This document shows positions 36,190-49,562 of a stretch of DNA of 64,000 nt, piece after piece. The stretch's first letter is position 1, and every line of letters starts with the position of its first letter. Location of the stretch: positions 239,634-303,633 of the forward strand of contig NW_026782349.1 in the NCBI RefSeq assembly GCF_031769215.1, written 5' to 3'. Both the position numbers and the translations under genes were made by a program. This stretch comes from Ylistrum balloti (taxonomy: Eukaryota). The notes beneath the pieces are model-generated. The model worked only from the letters and a program-made list of their open reading frames with translations. It was not told the DNA's origin and searched no databases.

Positions 36190-38815
36190 GTTAGAAATGT
36201 TGAGTATTGAGGTGTGGAATTCACTACCTGCTAAAAGGGTGTGTAACATTAAGTGTAGAAGTGTGGATTATACACTGACCACTATAGGGGTGTGTAATGT
36301 GAGTATAGAGGTGTGTAATGTTGAGAATTGAGGTACGTACTGCACTAACTCCTGTAATGGTGTGTAATGTGAGTACAGAGGTGTGTAATGTTGAGTATAG
36401 AGGAGTGTACAGCACTAACCCCTATAATGGTGTGTAATGTTGAGTATAGAGGTGTGGACTTCACTAACCCCTATAATGGTGTTTAATGTTGATTATTGAG
36501 GTGTGAACTTCACTAACTGCTATAATGGTGTGTAATGTTGAGTACAGAGGTGTGGACTTCACTAAGCACTATAATGGTGTGTAATGTTGAGTATAGAGGT
36601 GTGGACTTCACTAACCCCTATAATGGTGTGTAATGTTGAGTATAGAGGTGTGGACTTCACTAACCCCTATAATGGTGTGTAATGTGAGTACAGAGGTGTT
36701 TACAGCACTAACCCCTATAATGGTGTGTAATGTTGAGTATAGAGGTGTGGACTTCACTAACCCCTATAATGGTGTGTAATGTGAGTACAGAGGTGTTTAC
36801 AGCACTAACCCCTATAATGGTGTGTAATGTTGAGTATAGAGGTGTGGACTTCACTAACCCCTATAATGGTGTTGAATGTTGATTATTGAGGTGTGAACTT
36901 CACTAACTGCTATAATGGTGTGTAATGTTGAGTACAGAGGTGTGGACTTCACTAAGCACTATAATGGTGTGTAATGTTGAGTATTGAGGTGTGGACTTCA
37001 CTAACCCCTATAATGGTGTGTAATGTGAGTACAGAGGTGTTTACAGCACTAACCCCTATAATGGTGTGTAATGTTGAGTATAGAGGTGTGGACTTCACTA
37101 ACCCCTATAATGGTGTTTAATGTTGATTATTGAGGTGTGAACTTCACTAACTGCTATAATGGTGTGTAATGTTGAGTACAGAGGTGTGGACTTCACTAAG
37201 CACTATAATGGTGTGTAATGTTGAGTATAGAGGTGTGGACTTCACTAACCCCTATAATGGTGTGTAATGTGAGTACAGAGGTGTTTACAGCACTAACCCC
37301 TATAATGGTGTGTAATGTTGAGTATAGAGGTGTGGACTTCACTAACCACTAGAGGGATATGTAATGTTGAGTATAGAAATGTGGACTTCACTAACCCCTA
37401 TAATGGTGTGTAATGTTGAGTACAGAGGTGTGGACTTCACTAACCACTAGAGGGATATGTAATGTGAGTACAGAGGTGTGGACTTCACTAAGCACTATAA
37501 TGGTGTGTAATGTTGAGTATAGAAGTGTGGATTTCACTAACCACTAGAGGGATATGTAATGTTGAGTATAGAGGTGTGGACTTCACTAACCACTAGAGGG
37601 ATATGTAATGTTGAGTACAGAGGTGTGGACTTCACTAACCACTAGAGGGATATGTAATGTGAGTACAGAGGTGTGGACTTCACTAAGCACTATAATGGTG
37701 TGTAATGTTGAGTATAGAAGTGTGGACTTCACTAACCACTAGAGGGATATGTAATGTTGAGTACAGAGGTGTGGACTTCACTAAGCACTATAATGGTGTG
37801 TAATGTTGAGTATAGAAGTGTGGACTTCACTAACCACTAGAGGGATATGTAATGTTGAGTACAGAGGTGTGGACTTCACTAAGCACTATAATGGTGTGTA
37901 ATGTTGAGTATAGAGGTGTGGACTTCACTAACCACTAGAGGGATATGTAATGTTGAGTATAGAGGTGTGGACTTCACTAAGCACTATAATGGTGTGTAAT
38001 GTTGAGTATAGAGGTGTGGACTTCACTAACCACTAGAGGGATATGTAATGTTGAGTACAGAGGTGTGGACTTCACTAAGCACTATAATGGTGTGTAATGT
38101 TGAGTACAGAGGTGTGGACTTCACTAAGCACTATAATGGTGTGTAATGTTGAGTACAGAGGTGTGGACTTCACTAACCACTAGAGGGATATGTAATGTTG
38201 AGTACAGAGGTGTGGACTTCACTAACCACTAGAGGGATATGTAATGTTGAGTATAGAGGTGTGGACTTCACTAACCCCTATAATGGTGTGTAATGTTGAG
38301 TATAGAAGTGTGGACTTCACTAAGCACTATAATGGTGTGTAATGTTGAGTATAGAAGTGTGGACTTCACTAACCACAAGAGGGATATGTAATGTTGAGTA
38401 CAGAGGTGTGGACTTCACTAACCACTAGAGGGATATGTAATGTTGAGTATAGAAGTGTGGACTTCACTAACCCCTATAATGGTGTGTAATGTTGAGTACA
38501 GAGGTGTGGACTTCACTAACCACTAGAGGGATATGTAATGTTGAGTATAGAAGTGTGGACTTCACTAACCCCTATAATGGTGTGTAATGTTGAGTACAGA
38601 GGTGTGGACTTCACTAACCACTAGAGGGATATGTAATGTTGGGTATAGAGATGTGGACTTCACTTACCACAAGAGGGATATGTAATGTTGAGTATAGAGG
38701 TGTGGACTTCACTAACCCCTATAATGGTGTGTAATGTGAGTACAGAGGTGTTTACAGCACTAACTGCTATAATGGTGTGTAATGTTGAGTATAGAGGTAT
38801 GGATTATACACTTAC
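36190..38815 (-). repeat. 49-bp minisatellite, about 53 units, made of copies of the exon end plus donor of the minus-strand exon 38816..38993
   Basis: Minus-strand unit CCATTATAGTGGTTAGTGAAGTCCACACCTCTGTACTCAACATTACACA. Compare the exon end ..CCTTATAGTG|GTAAGTGTATAATCCATACCTCTATACTCAACATTACACAC. Confidence 0.9.
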
Positions 38816-38993
38816 CACTATAAGGATGAGCCTCTGGGTTCGACTCCTTCTTGCCTCCCTGGTTTTCAAACAGTTCCTTTCTCTCCTGTTCAAGGTAATG
38901 TTGCAGTTGGCGCTCGTGTGCTGCTAACAGGACTCGCTTCTGACGTTCACCCACACGAGATATTGTGCCTTGCTTGAAAGTCTTAAAAGCCTC
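38816..38993 (-). CDS. Exon (EAFKTFKQGTISRVGERQKRVLLAAHERQLQHYLEQERKELFENQGGKKESNPEAHPYS)
   Basis: Acceptor ctttacAG; donor g|GTAAGT at the start of the 49-bp array, whose unit copies this exon end. Confidence 0.55.
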
Positions 38994-39128
38994 CTGTAAA
39001 GTTATAAAGATTTTATTGTTTGGAATGCATCCGTGTACTTGAAACTACTATCTAAAAAATGTATGTCACCATGATCTCATTGGATTTAGAATTTTTATCA
39101 AACTCAAATATGAACTTATCTCACTAAC

Positions 39129-39409
39129 CTGCAAGGACATTTTATTTAATGGCTTTGGATCATAATTTTCTTCATCAGAGCTTTTGGCATCCATGTCATC
39201 ATCACCTATTCTTTGACCTTTTGGGTCAAGGTCAAACTTTGTGTCTCGTGATTTATTGAGGATATCATTACTAACAGCAGCCTTCCAGTCTGCAGGGTGC
39301 ATAGATTTAGGTTGCCATGGTTTCTGTTTTACAGCATGTGCTTGCTGTTCCTTTAGAGGTTGTCTCCATGGTCGAGATTCAGGCAATGGAATGTACCAAG
39401 ATATGCCCC
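39129..39409 (-). CDS. Exon (RGISWYIPLPESRPWRQPLKEQQAHAVKQKPWQPKSMHPADWKAAVSNDILNKSRDTKFDLDPKGQRIGDDDMDAKSSDEENYDPKPLNKMSLQ)
   Basis: Acceptor tgtttcAG; donor cag|GTTAGT. Phase-consistent with both neighbours. Confidence 0.55.
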
Positions 39410-39825
39410 CTGAAACATTCATCACAATTATAACCAGTGAAAGCTGTCAACCACTTTATCTTATACACCAATTCTCATATTTTTCCTTTCTATATTCTGT
39501 GATATGCTTAAATTAAGCTTGTTCTAACTAGCTGTTGCTGGATATTCATTTTATCTATTTAGAGAGCTGTATAATGAAATTAGTAGTTAGCTCTAAGTCC
39601 AAATATGAAACAATATTTCAGTAGATACCAGGTCACTTTATCACGCCTAGAAAACTACTTCACAGGGATGGATGATGCAGAAACAAAAACGGCTGAAGAA
39701 GAGTATGCTTCAATGTCAGTTTATCTCGATAGATAACATAACCACCATGAAATCATAACTTTGTGAAGTATTTGGAAAAGTCATTTGTTTCTACAGGAAC
39801 CATCCCTGTGGTGTAGTTTCCTAAG

Positions 39826-40183
39826 TGTGTTTATACCAGTAAAGATTAATTAAAAAAAGCTTACTGTTTGGGCTGTCCTGTAAATGTGTTTATACCAGTA
39901 AAGATCAATTAAAAAAAGCTTACTGTTTGGGCTGTCCTGTAAATGTGTTTATACCAGTAAAGATCAATTAAAAATGCTTACTGTTTGGGCTGTCCTGTAA
40001 ATGTGTTTATACCAGTAAAGATCAATTAAAAAAAGCTTACTGTTTGGGCTGTCCTGTAAATGTGTTTATACCAGTAAAGATCAATTAAAAAAAGCTTACT
40101 GTTTGGGCTGTCCTGTAAATGTGTTTATACCAGTAAAGATCAATTAAAAAACGCTTACTGTTTGGGCTGTCCTGTAACTTGGC
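39826..40183 (-). repeat. 59-bp unit x6, made of copies of the exon end plus donor of the minus-strand giant exon 40159..42071
   Basis: Minus-strand unit TTACAGGACAGCCCAAACAGTAAGCTTTTTTTAATTGATCTTTACTGGTATAAACACATT. The first unit is the exon end itself, ..GCCAAGTTACAGGACAGCCCAAACA|GTAAGCG. Confidence 0.9.
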
Positions 40184-42071
40184 AATACAGGTGTCGTCTG
40201 GAGTTTCTGGAGTAAACATTCGAGACTTAGGAGGTGGGACAGCCTTCGACAAGTATCCATAATCAATGTCTGTCTTTGGGGACGGTGACCTTGGCTTTCT
40301 TCTGACCTCATTTACAGTTGATCTCTCTGGTGACATACTTATCTCAAATGATGTTGTCCTCTTGTTTTCATGTGACTTTGACCTTGACCTAGACCTAAGA
40401 GGTGAAGCTGACGATGAAATACTAGTATGAGCAGACCTCTGGCGAGCAGGAGAGCGAGAACTTGACCTGTTAGGTGAGGTGGAGACATGTTTGCGTCTTC
40501 TCTCTGGCGACATGAGAGGAACAGGTATGACCCCTCTGTCATTGTGAGAGGGAACATAGGGACTGGTCTGAACAGCCTCAGACACCATTGTGACCTTTCC
40601 TGATTTCTTACCACGTTGCCGCGGAGGACTAACGTGGATTGGAGATGGATACATTGTTGATACAGACTTATACTTTCGAGATGCGGGCGACCTTGATTTC
40701 CTTGGCTTTTCAAACTTGTCACCATATATACCACTTTCTTCCATCTGTGCTAAAAACCTCTCAACATTTTCTTTATTTTTCTGGTTAATTTTCGGTTCCT
40801 GATAAATATCTGCAGTCTTTCCTTTCTTTCCTTTCTGCTTTCCTTTTTTCTCACTGCTGAATTTTTCCCCTCTTTTCTTGGCTGAAAATGGCCGATGAAA
40901 AATACTGTCCTCATTTTGAGATTCAGAATCCTCATGGATACCTGTTGTTTGTACATTGTCCTTCATGGTGATCCTGGCACGTGTTGGCACCCTGCCCTGA
41001 TCCTGAAATGCCACTTGTCGACTTTTGTTTGGCTGTTGGAAGGGTACATCTGTGCTACTCTCTTTAGATGAGGTTGTATCGGCAACAGCAACATTGGAAT
41101 CTGCCTGTGAGGTTAACGTGGAATCTGTATCTAAAAGAGTGGTGGATGAATCTGTCATGGATATAGATGTTGTTGATGACACCAAGTCCAGTTCGACACC
41201 GATGGCTTTGTCTGAAAGTTTCCCTTTTTTTTTAGCAGTCAATAACATTTCCAATTTCTTGAGCTTCTCCATTCTACGCATCTCCTTCTTTCTCTCCTTG
41301 TCGATCTTATCCCGCTGGTGTAGTACCTTGTCATGAAGCTTGGCCATCAGTGGATCAATGACATGTCGTCGTCTGTTACGCTTGGCTTTTAACATCAGCT
41401 CAGAGTCATTCAGTTTACTTGGTGTTGTCGTATCAAAGCTTGTGTCCTCTGGTATTGAGTAAAGAGTGTCAGCACTGTCTCCAAGCTTCTGGACACGAGC
41501 TGGCTTTGTTTCTTTGTTTCTATTTTTATTTTCCTTATTTTTCTTTTCTTTTTCTGCTCGTTTCTTCTTTTCCTGGTGTGCCAGGATCTCAGCATAGCTC
41601 CCATTGCTCTCATCATCTCCACTTAACCTCTTCCTGTACTCTGCCTCCCATCTCAGTCGTTCAGCTTCTTTTCTTTGCTTCGATGATTTCTCCACTTCCT
41701 GTTTTTGAGATGACTGACGATCATCTCCCTCCTCATGTAATGCTTTAAGTTCATTCATCAAGCGGTTTTCTTTGGCGCGTTCGTATGTCACATCATCCAT
41801 GTACTTCTGAACAACGTGCTTTGTTGGGTTTTTAATTAAGCTGGTAAGAGTATCCATGCGTGGTGTGTTCAAGCTGCTCTCACTGGCATTGCTTGGATCA
41901 ACATCTTTGAACCGTTGCCACATGTCATTGATGTCGGGGTGGACAGACTCTCGATACTCCTTCTCCAAACTCTCGCGAAGGATAACAACACGCTTGCTTG
42001 GGGGCCTCTTGTCAAACTCTTCATCATATTCACTCTCGTTATCCACCAGGGGAACAAATTTGTGTTGTGAC
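40159..42071 (-). CDS. Giant exon (about 637 codons; RSQHKFVPLVDNESEYDEEFDKRPPSKRVVILRESLEKEY...TPDDTCIAKLQDSPN)
   Basis: 1913 nt. Acceptor catccatAG. It ends at aca|GTAAGC, the first unit of the 59-bp array. Lys/Glu/Arg/Ser-rich with KKKRAEKEKKNKENKNRNKE and RSRSKS stretches. Confidence 0.6.
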
Positions 42072-42212
42072 CTATGGATGAAAAGAACAATGGAATTACA
42101 TGTGATTCTACCGAAGTTTCTATAATACACAGATCACATGTGTTACATCTATCTAATCACAATCTATTATAAACTGTTACATTATAAGAGGCTCTGATCC
42201 TAAAAGTCTGAC

Positions 42213-42313
42213 CTTGCTTTCATCTCCAGGTCCCTGATCAATTTGTCACGTTTCTCCTTCAGTAGTTTTTCTTTCTCCTCATTTATAGCATCCTCAAAGT
42301 CAGAATCGGGAAG
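42213..42313 (-). CDS. Exon (LPDSDFEDAINEEKEKLLKEKRDKLIRDLEMKA)
   Basis: Acceptor ccttcAG; donor ag|GTCAGA. Predicted coiled-coil-like charged segment. Confidence 0.5.
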
Positions 42314-42469
42314 CTGAAGGAATGAAAACAAATTTAATCTCATGTATCAGACAAGTAGAACATTGAAAATAGAGAGTATATTTCATTCAAGATTAACCAG
42401 AGAACAGCTCATTTTTTCCAGAAATATTTGACAGGTGAACCAGCAACAAACTAGGTTAGAAAATGCAAG

Positions 42470-42900
42470 GCATAAAAGTCCCCACCACCAAGGCCTTGAC
42501 CTTAGACCCTTAGAACACAATTATGTCTACATTATACTCATACTTGACCTTTATATAAAGTCTGACAAAATTCCATGAAAAAATGAAATAGCCAAGTGCT
42601 TAAAGTGTATCAGTTGATGATTTTCTACATATAGCATGGGTGACCTTGGCATTGACCTTAGGCCCCTGAAACACAACATTGTCTAAAGTATACTCTTCAT
42701 TGATAGTGAGTAACGTTTGACCAAAATCCATGAAAGAAATGTGTTTAAATTGAATCAGTTGATTACTTGCTATATATAGCAAGGGCAACCTTGACCTTGA
42801 CCTTAGGACCATTAAACACAAGGATGTCCAAAGCATACTCATATCTGATGGTTTGACCAACATCTGTCAAAGAAGGAAGTTGCTAGGTGCTTCCATTGAA
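42470..42900. repeat. About 130-bp tandem unit x3 (..GACCTTGACCTTAGGCCCCTGAAACACAA..ATGTCTAAAGTATACTC..)
   Basis: Direct reading. It lies in a minus-strand intron. Confidence 0.8.
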
Positions 42901-43232
42901 TCAAGATGGGAAGGGATGGAACATGATGTGATGGGACAGATATGGCTAATGCAATATATGCTACCCATTTCATGACAGAGGCACAAAAATGTTTGTACCA
43001 ACACCCTTCCTTCTACACAGACCCTCTCACTCAAGATAAAATAATACAGAGTAAATTGGCTTTCTTATATTGATACACCTGGATGTGAGTTTTCACCTTA
43101 ACCCTTTATGGCACACATTAGCCTTTGATAACACTGAATCATAGAAGTTGAACTTTACACACGAGTTAGTTAAGACACAGATTGATGGCAGAGACACAAG
43201 CTAACTTTATCATATGCATGACTAATAATCAC

Positions 43233-44687
43233 CTGTTCTAGTTCCTTGAATTGTCCATCTTCTCCAGGATCCAAGTATGCAATTCCTCGTCTGTTATCTT
43301 GGTCTGAGTTCCTACCTAATGTCTCTTGGAAATCAAGTCCTGGCTCCAAGGGTTGAGCTATCAGCCCTTCCCCTGGTTCCAGAGGTCTTTCAACCCTGGA
43401 ACCAAGTGGATGGTCAGCACTTGGATTGTAACCTCTGTCCAGAGGCTGTCCAGTTTTGTCACAGTATGTGGCAGTAACTTCAACCTTGCTGTTGCTCTGT
43501 GGATAGTCTCTCTTTGAATTTGCCCAAGATGGACTCATGAGTCTTTGACGTTCAGCTTGGGTGACATATTCGACTGGTGCATTATCTTCCTTTATCCTAA
43601 AACTGCCCTTGCGTACATCAACACCGCCATCACTGATGGTACCTCCTCCTGTCTCCCTTGTGTTCTGGTAGATTTCCCGGTCTCCCTTAGGATGATAGGT
43701 TTCTCGTCCAGGCTGCCCTTGGTAAATGTCTCTAACATCAAGATCTCTATAAGCCTCCCCAGGTTCAAGTGACCTTGACCTCAACCTTGGATTGTAATCA
43801 ATTTTCTTGTCTAAATGATCAGATTTCCTCAAATCTTGAAAGTCTCTTCCTTTCTCCAAAGGTCGTTTTCTGATTCTCTCTTCCATGTACTTGGCCATAT
43901 GATCATGAGCCTGCCCCTGATTGGGGCTTCCTCTGCTACCAGCCATTGCTGGGGAATCCATTGTTGTATGATGAGAGAAAATTGGGGATGGTTGACATGA
44001 CAAATCCATTAATCTAGTGCTATGAACAGGTGAGGAATTCCTGTGACTCTCAGGACTGAGAGCGATGAGATCTGTCTCCGATTTTGACCTAGATCTTGTG
44101 ACACCAACAGGATCTTGCTTGTAATAGTTTCGGCCTTCAGAATGCCTGTCCAGTGGGTAGACAGACAGGTCACTTTCCCGTCCTGGACGAGGGGTGAAGA
44201 TATCACCAGGGTCGGACCTTGTTGTTACAGAGAGGGGATCATTCTCTGTACCAGTGCTTATCCTCTCCTTAGGTCGTACATCTGCAGAAGTGAGATCTGA
44301 ATGATCTGATCCAATGCTCCGATACTTATAACTGTTTGTACCTCCATCACTAATCATTCTGTTGCCGCCCAGGACATCATCACCAGGCAACAAACTGTAT
44401 CCGTTCCTCTGCTGACTTGCTGATGTTGTCATCCTAGTAGGGTTATAACTTCCTACATATTCTCTGTCTTTTAAAGGTAAATCACGTTGTAAATCTGCAG
44501 AAGTTGGTTTTGAGCTACTGTATGGAGCATCCTGGTCACCATCCTGTCTTACATTGCGACCCGACAGAAGTTCAAGGCCACTGTCTGGACGGTGCTCTGT
44601 TGATGTAATGTTGTCTCCCCTTGAATTGGCTGAGTGTATAGATCGCTTGTCCAAGCCACTGTCTGTCCCTGACTTATCCCGGTCATC
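43233..44687 (-). CDS. Giant exon (485 codons; DDRDKSGTDSGLDKRSIHSANSRGDN...GQFKELEQ)
   Basis: 1455 nt, starting and ending in phase 0. Acceptor tattgacAG; donor cag|GTGATT. Ser/Arg/Asp/Pro/Tyr-rich low-complexity sequence. Confidence 0.6.
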
Positions 44688-44985
44688 CTGTCAATACATA
44701 ACCAACCATAACATATTATATCAACACCTGAAAAATATACAGTGAGAAAAGTCTTACATGTATGTACATTTAGCAACATGATATAATCATAATGTAAACC
44801 AAAGTTAGAGAATGTCTACAAGCCATGAATACTGCTGCTCCTATGCAAACAGACATCAACCAAACCTGTTGAAAGTGTTGACAGGTTCTCAAGATATATA
44901 TGATGTTGATTGGGCCGAAATAGGATAGAACATGGAGACACCAAACACATTGTGTAAATAGTATTCTGTACTGTAAACTACTTAC

Positions 44986-45125
44986 TGCCATTGATTTCTC
45001 CTCTATAGTGGAAAGTCCCTCTGATGACAGCCGGTGACCACAGTAAATGCCTCCAGTTTTTGGTCCATCAGGTCTTGATCCGAGGCAGTGGGAAGGAAAA
45101 GACGGCCCAATCGCATCATCAGAAC
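44986..45125 (-). CDS. Exon (GSDDAIGPSFPSHCLGSRPDGPKTGGIYCGHRLSSEGLSTIEEKSMA)
   Basis: Acceptor gctgtAG; donor gca|GTAAGT. Confidence 0.5.
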
Positions 45126-46258
45126 CTACAGCATAAACAATATCAAAGATAAACTTAAGGTGTTACAATACCAGTGATACACATAATCATCATACACTAT
45201 CATTTCACTTACAAATCAACACTTCACCATCAGTATTTCACAACACAGGACTATAACAGATGAAGCATCATTAATTACTACATTCTACAAAAAAAAATTA
45301 TAGTATCTAGTAAGAAAAAGGAAGTTTGTTTTTACATAACCTTTCGCAGTTAATATTGCATTAATTTATGCTTAAGCTAAACAGTTACTCAAAATTACGA
45401 TATATATAAAATATATAAAACAGAGCACAGTAAAACAAAGGACATATTTAAAATCATCAAAATTAATCCAGTTATCTCTAAGCGTTAAAACTTATTTTGC
45501 AAACTTCACTGAAACAAAAGCAAGTTGAACAATATTGAAAGTATTATACAAACAATTAGCAAAAATTAATATACCTTCCAACATCTGAGTTAAAAAAGCA
45601 TGCATCACGTACATACACGCATACAACTGTACAATTATAAACACACTGATATATACATCCACATGGCCTAACAAATACTTATGTACATAAACAGAGCCGA
45701 AGAATTAGTACGATAAGTTTGGCTAATTAAATATTCATGAGTAGACACCTATCGGTTTACTGGATAACACCTTGTGTGTAAATGATATTGATCTCTGATC
45801 TGCAGTGACAGATGGAGCATATAGAACTGATGATGTTCAAACCTCATTTATTTACTTAATTATCTACCATTAAGATATACACAGACATACACACATATAC
45901 TATAAATTTCATACTATCTATGGATGAAAATATGTTAATTATTGTAGTGCAGCACATCTGATTGTTAAACCAAATATGAGGAATTTTTTCACGTAATACT
46001 TAATAATTCATGAAAACTTGCTCATTCAACAATAAAGCATAATTCACTTATTTCTCTAAACACTAATTAAGTAGTCTCACAGAACATTACAAAAATTTTT
46101 CTTTTGAAGTTGTTAAAATTTGTTATACCACAAAATCTATTAAGCACAAATATTATAAATATTTATAACATGAAGCAAAACATCAACAATATCTATAACT
46201 GTCACAGGTAGCATTACTGTTAGGCTTTGTTTGATTATAGAAACCAACAATGGGATAC

Positions 46259-46702
46259 CTCGATAATCCTTCCACGAGACACTGTGTTGTCCACTGACAT
46301 AGTCACCATGGAAACCATTGTGACGTTCTTTGTAATCACCATGACGACCTAGACCATTCTGATGATTTTTACGATAGTCTCTCATATAATCAGAAGTATA
46401 GCGTGTGTTGCTATAATCTCGGCTCTTTACATCACCAAAGTAGCTCTCTGGGTGAACGTCACTTACAATATCATGCTTGCTGTACTTGTCTTTTTCATCA
46501 TAATCAAATTTCTGTTTACCACTATCATACTTTTGATAATCAGAGTAAGTCCTCGAGTCCCACTCAGACTTTGGTAAATAACCATTATATTTGCTATGTG
46601 AATCTGTGGAATAGCTCATGTAAGTATTGACAGGGGTGGTCTGGTCGTCATGGAGATATTTGAAAGTTTCATCACTATGATCCCAGTTTCTGTGTATGTC
46701 AT
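46259..46702 (-). CDS. Tyr/Asp-rich exon (DDIHRNWDHSDETFKYLHDD...YSDYQKYDSGKQKFDYDEKDKYSKHD...GDYKERHNGFHGDYVSGQHSVSWKDYR)
   Basis: 444 nt. Acceptor tactacAG; donor g|GTATCC. Phases join the 50839 and 45125 exons exactly. Confidence 0.55.
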
Positions 46703-47059
46703 CTGTAGTATAATAATATAAAAAAAAACTGCTGTAACAGCCATTACTGATACAGGTACATTCACTCATTGATATGAATCTTCAGGATACTTAAACTGAA
46801 GAATGGTTATTTCCATGAATAAACACTGAAAGAATATTCAAAGGACTCAATACATATGCAATATAAAGGAGTAATGACATGCCCTCATAATGACTTTCAC
46901 TAGAGATCTGTTGCTCCTCAGGCAGGCACCTACACTAGGCTGAAGGGAAATTCCCACCAGCAGAGATTTGTAAAGTGACCTTTGTAACTCAACTTTGACA
47001 CATCTACCCCCTCCACAAAGTCATGATCACAAAGTCAACCACCAAGATAATGAAATATA

Positions 47060-48650
47060 ACTTTACTGAACAGTAATGTCTTGGGGTGGACATATTACAG
47101 AACAATGAAATAACATTGGTTTATAACTTTACTGAACAATAACATATTGGGGCGGGCTTATTACAAAACAATGAAATAACATTGGTTTATAACTTTACTG
47201 AACAATAACATATTGGGGCGGGCTTATTACAGAACAATGAAATAACATTGGTTTATAACTTTACTGAACAATAACATATTGGGGCGGGCTTATTACAGAA
47301 CAATGAAATAACATTGGTTTATAACTTTACTGAACAATAACATATTGGGGCGGGCTTATTACAGAACAATGAAATAACATTGGTTTATAACTTTACTGAA
47401 CAATAACATATTGGGGCGGGCTTATTACAGAACAATGAAATAACATTGGTTTATAACTTTACTGAACAATAACATATTGGGGCGGGCTTATTACAGAACA
47501 ATGAAATAACATTGGTTTATAACTTTACTGAACAATAACATATTGGGGCGGGCTTATTACAGAACAATGAAATAACATTGGTTTATAACTTTACTGAACA
47601 ATAACATATTGGGGCGGGCTTAATACAAAACAATGAAATAACATTGGTTTATAACTTTACTGAACAATAACATATTGGGGCGGGCTTATTACATAACAAT
47701 GAAATAACATTGGTTTATAACTTTACTGAACAATAACATATTGGGGCGGGCTTATTACAGAACAATGAAATAACATTGGTTTATAACTTTACTGAACAAT
47801 AACATATTGGGGGTGGCTTATTACAAAACAATGAAATAACATTGGTTTATAACTTTACTGAACAATAACATATTGGGGCGGGCTTATTACTTATTTATAA
47901 CTTTAGAACAATAACAATGAAATAACATTGGTTTATAACTTTACTGAACAATACAAATAACATTGGTTTATAACTTTACTGAACAATAACATATTGGGGC
48001 GGGCTTAATACAAAACAATGAAATAACATTGGTTTATAACTTTACTGAACAATAACATATTGGGGCGGGCTTAATACAAAACAATGAAATAACATTGGTT
48101 TATAACTTTACTGAACAATAACATATTGGGGCGGGCTTATTACAGAACAATGAAATAACATTGGTTTATAACTTTACTGAACAATAACATATTGGGGGGG
48201 GGGCTTATTACAAAACAATGAAATAACATTGGTTTATAACTTTACTGAACAATAACATATTGGGGCGGGCTTATTACAGAACAATGAAATAACATTGGTT
48301 TATAACTTTACTGAACAATAACTTTACTGAACAATAACATATGGGGGGGGGGGCTTATTACAGAACAATGAAATAACATTGGTTTATAACTTTACTGAAC
48401 AATAACATATTGGGGCGGGCTTATTACAGAACAATGAAATAACATTGGTTTATAACTTTACTGAACAATAACATATTTGGGCGGGCTTATTACAGAACAA
48501 TGAAATAACGTTAGTTTATAACTTTACTGAACAGCAGTATATGTGGGTGGGCTTATTACAGAACAATGAAATAACAATGGTTTATAACTTGACTGAACAA
48601 TAACATATTGGGGCGGGCTTATTACAGAATAATGAAATAGCATAGATTTC
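47060..48650. repeat. 66-bp minisatellite, about 24 units (GGGGCGGGCTTATTACAGAACAATGAAATAACATTGGTTTATAACTTTACTGAACAATAACATATT)
   Basis: Period 66. The anchors are at 47149, 47215 and 47281. It lies in the minus-gene intron between exons 50839 and 46702. Confidence 0.95.
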
Positions 48651-49521
48651 TAAAACTGAAATATATCATATCAAAATTCAAGGTCAGCGGGTAGGTTTAT
48701 TATAGGACTATGACAAAGCATTTACTTGACAGCAACATATGTGACAGGGCTTAATACTACGCATGGGCTTATTGCCAGAGAACTGCAATAATAAGAGAAC
48801 ACAGAGCAGAACCAGATATAAACACACATTTCTGATCACACTCATACAATCAATGAATATAACACGATGTAATTACACATCTCACAAACAAATATCTTAC
48901 TTGAAATGAATGATAAAACGTTTGGTTGGAATTAAAACAAGGAAATTTAACCAACTCAGAAGATTCATACTAACCATCACTCATGATATAATGATTCCCT
49001 GATACACAGAAATACAGATACCTGCACTACTGGTTTAAAGGTTGATTATCTCAGAATTTTAAACTTGAAGAGATCATGACAGAAAATTTAGATTCTCGAA
49101 AATATGGTACTCAAAAATGAAATATGATATACGTACAAAGTATCATGTTTAATGGACACTATAGAAATTTCTGTTTACAATACTCTCTAAAATGACAGAA
49201 AATACCTAGAAAAATGTATACATTGTGCAGACTTTGAATTAGAATCTCTGAGACCTTATAGTCACCTATCACTATGATTCACCTCATTAACACAGGACAC
49301 TGGTATAAGGGAATAAGAAAGAACTTCGCTGGGAAATATCCAGAATTTCAGAAGAAATCAGATAAAAAACAAAACTCAGAGAGACATTTGATCTGGGTTG
49401 TATAATCAATATAAATCTTATAAGGAAGTTTTTCACATGTAATGGAAGAAAAGGAAAAGTTACGCCAGGAAGGAAACAGGAAGATATTATACAAGTGATA
49501 CAGAACTTATCTAGCAACATA

Positions 49522-49526
49522 TCTAC

Positions 49527-49548
<22 letters not shown>
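49522..49548. repeat. (TA)n microsatellite
   Basis: Direct reading. Confidence 0.9.

Positions 49549-49562
<14 letters not shown>

Noticed and set aside
38830-38850. GGGTTCGACTCC, reminiscent of a tRNA T-arm
   Set aside because: It sits inside a well-supported minus-strand coding exon and has no cloverleaf context.
40339-40734. 131-aa minus-strand ORF and several + strand ORFs (40590-42125) overlapping the giant exon
   Set aside because: These are alternative or antisense frames of a long low-complexity coding exon. The phase-consistent frame is the one continuous from 42071 to 40159.
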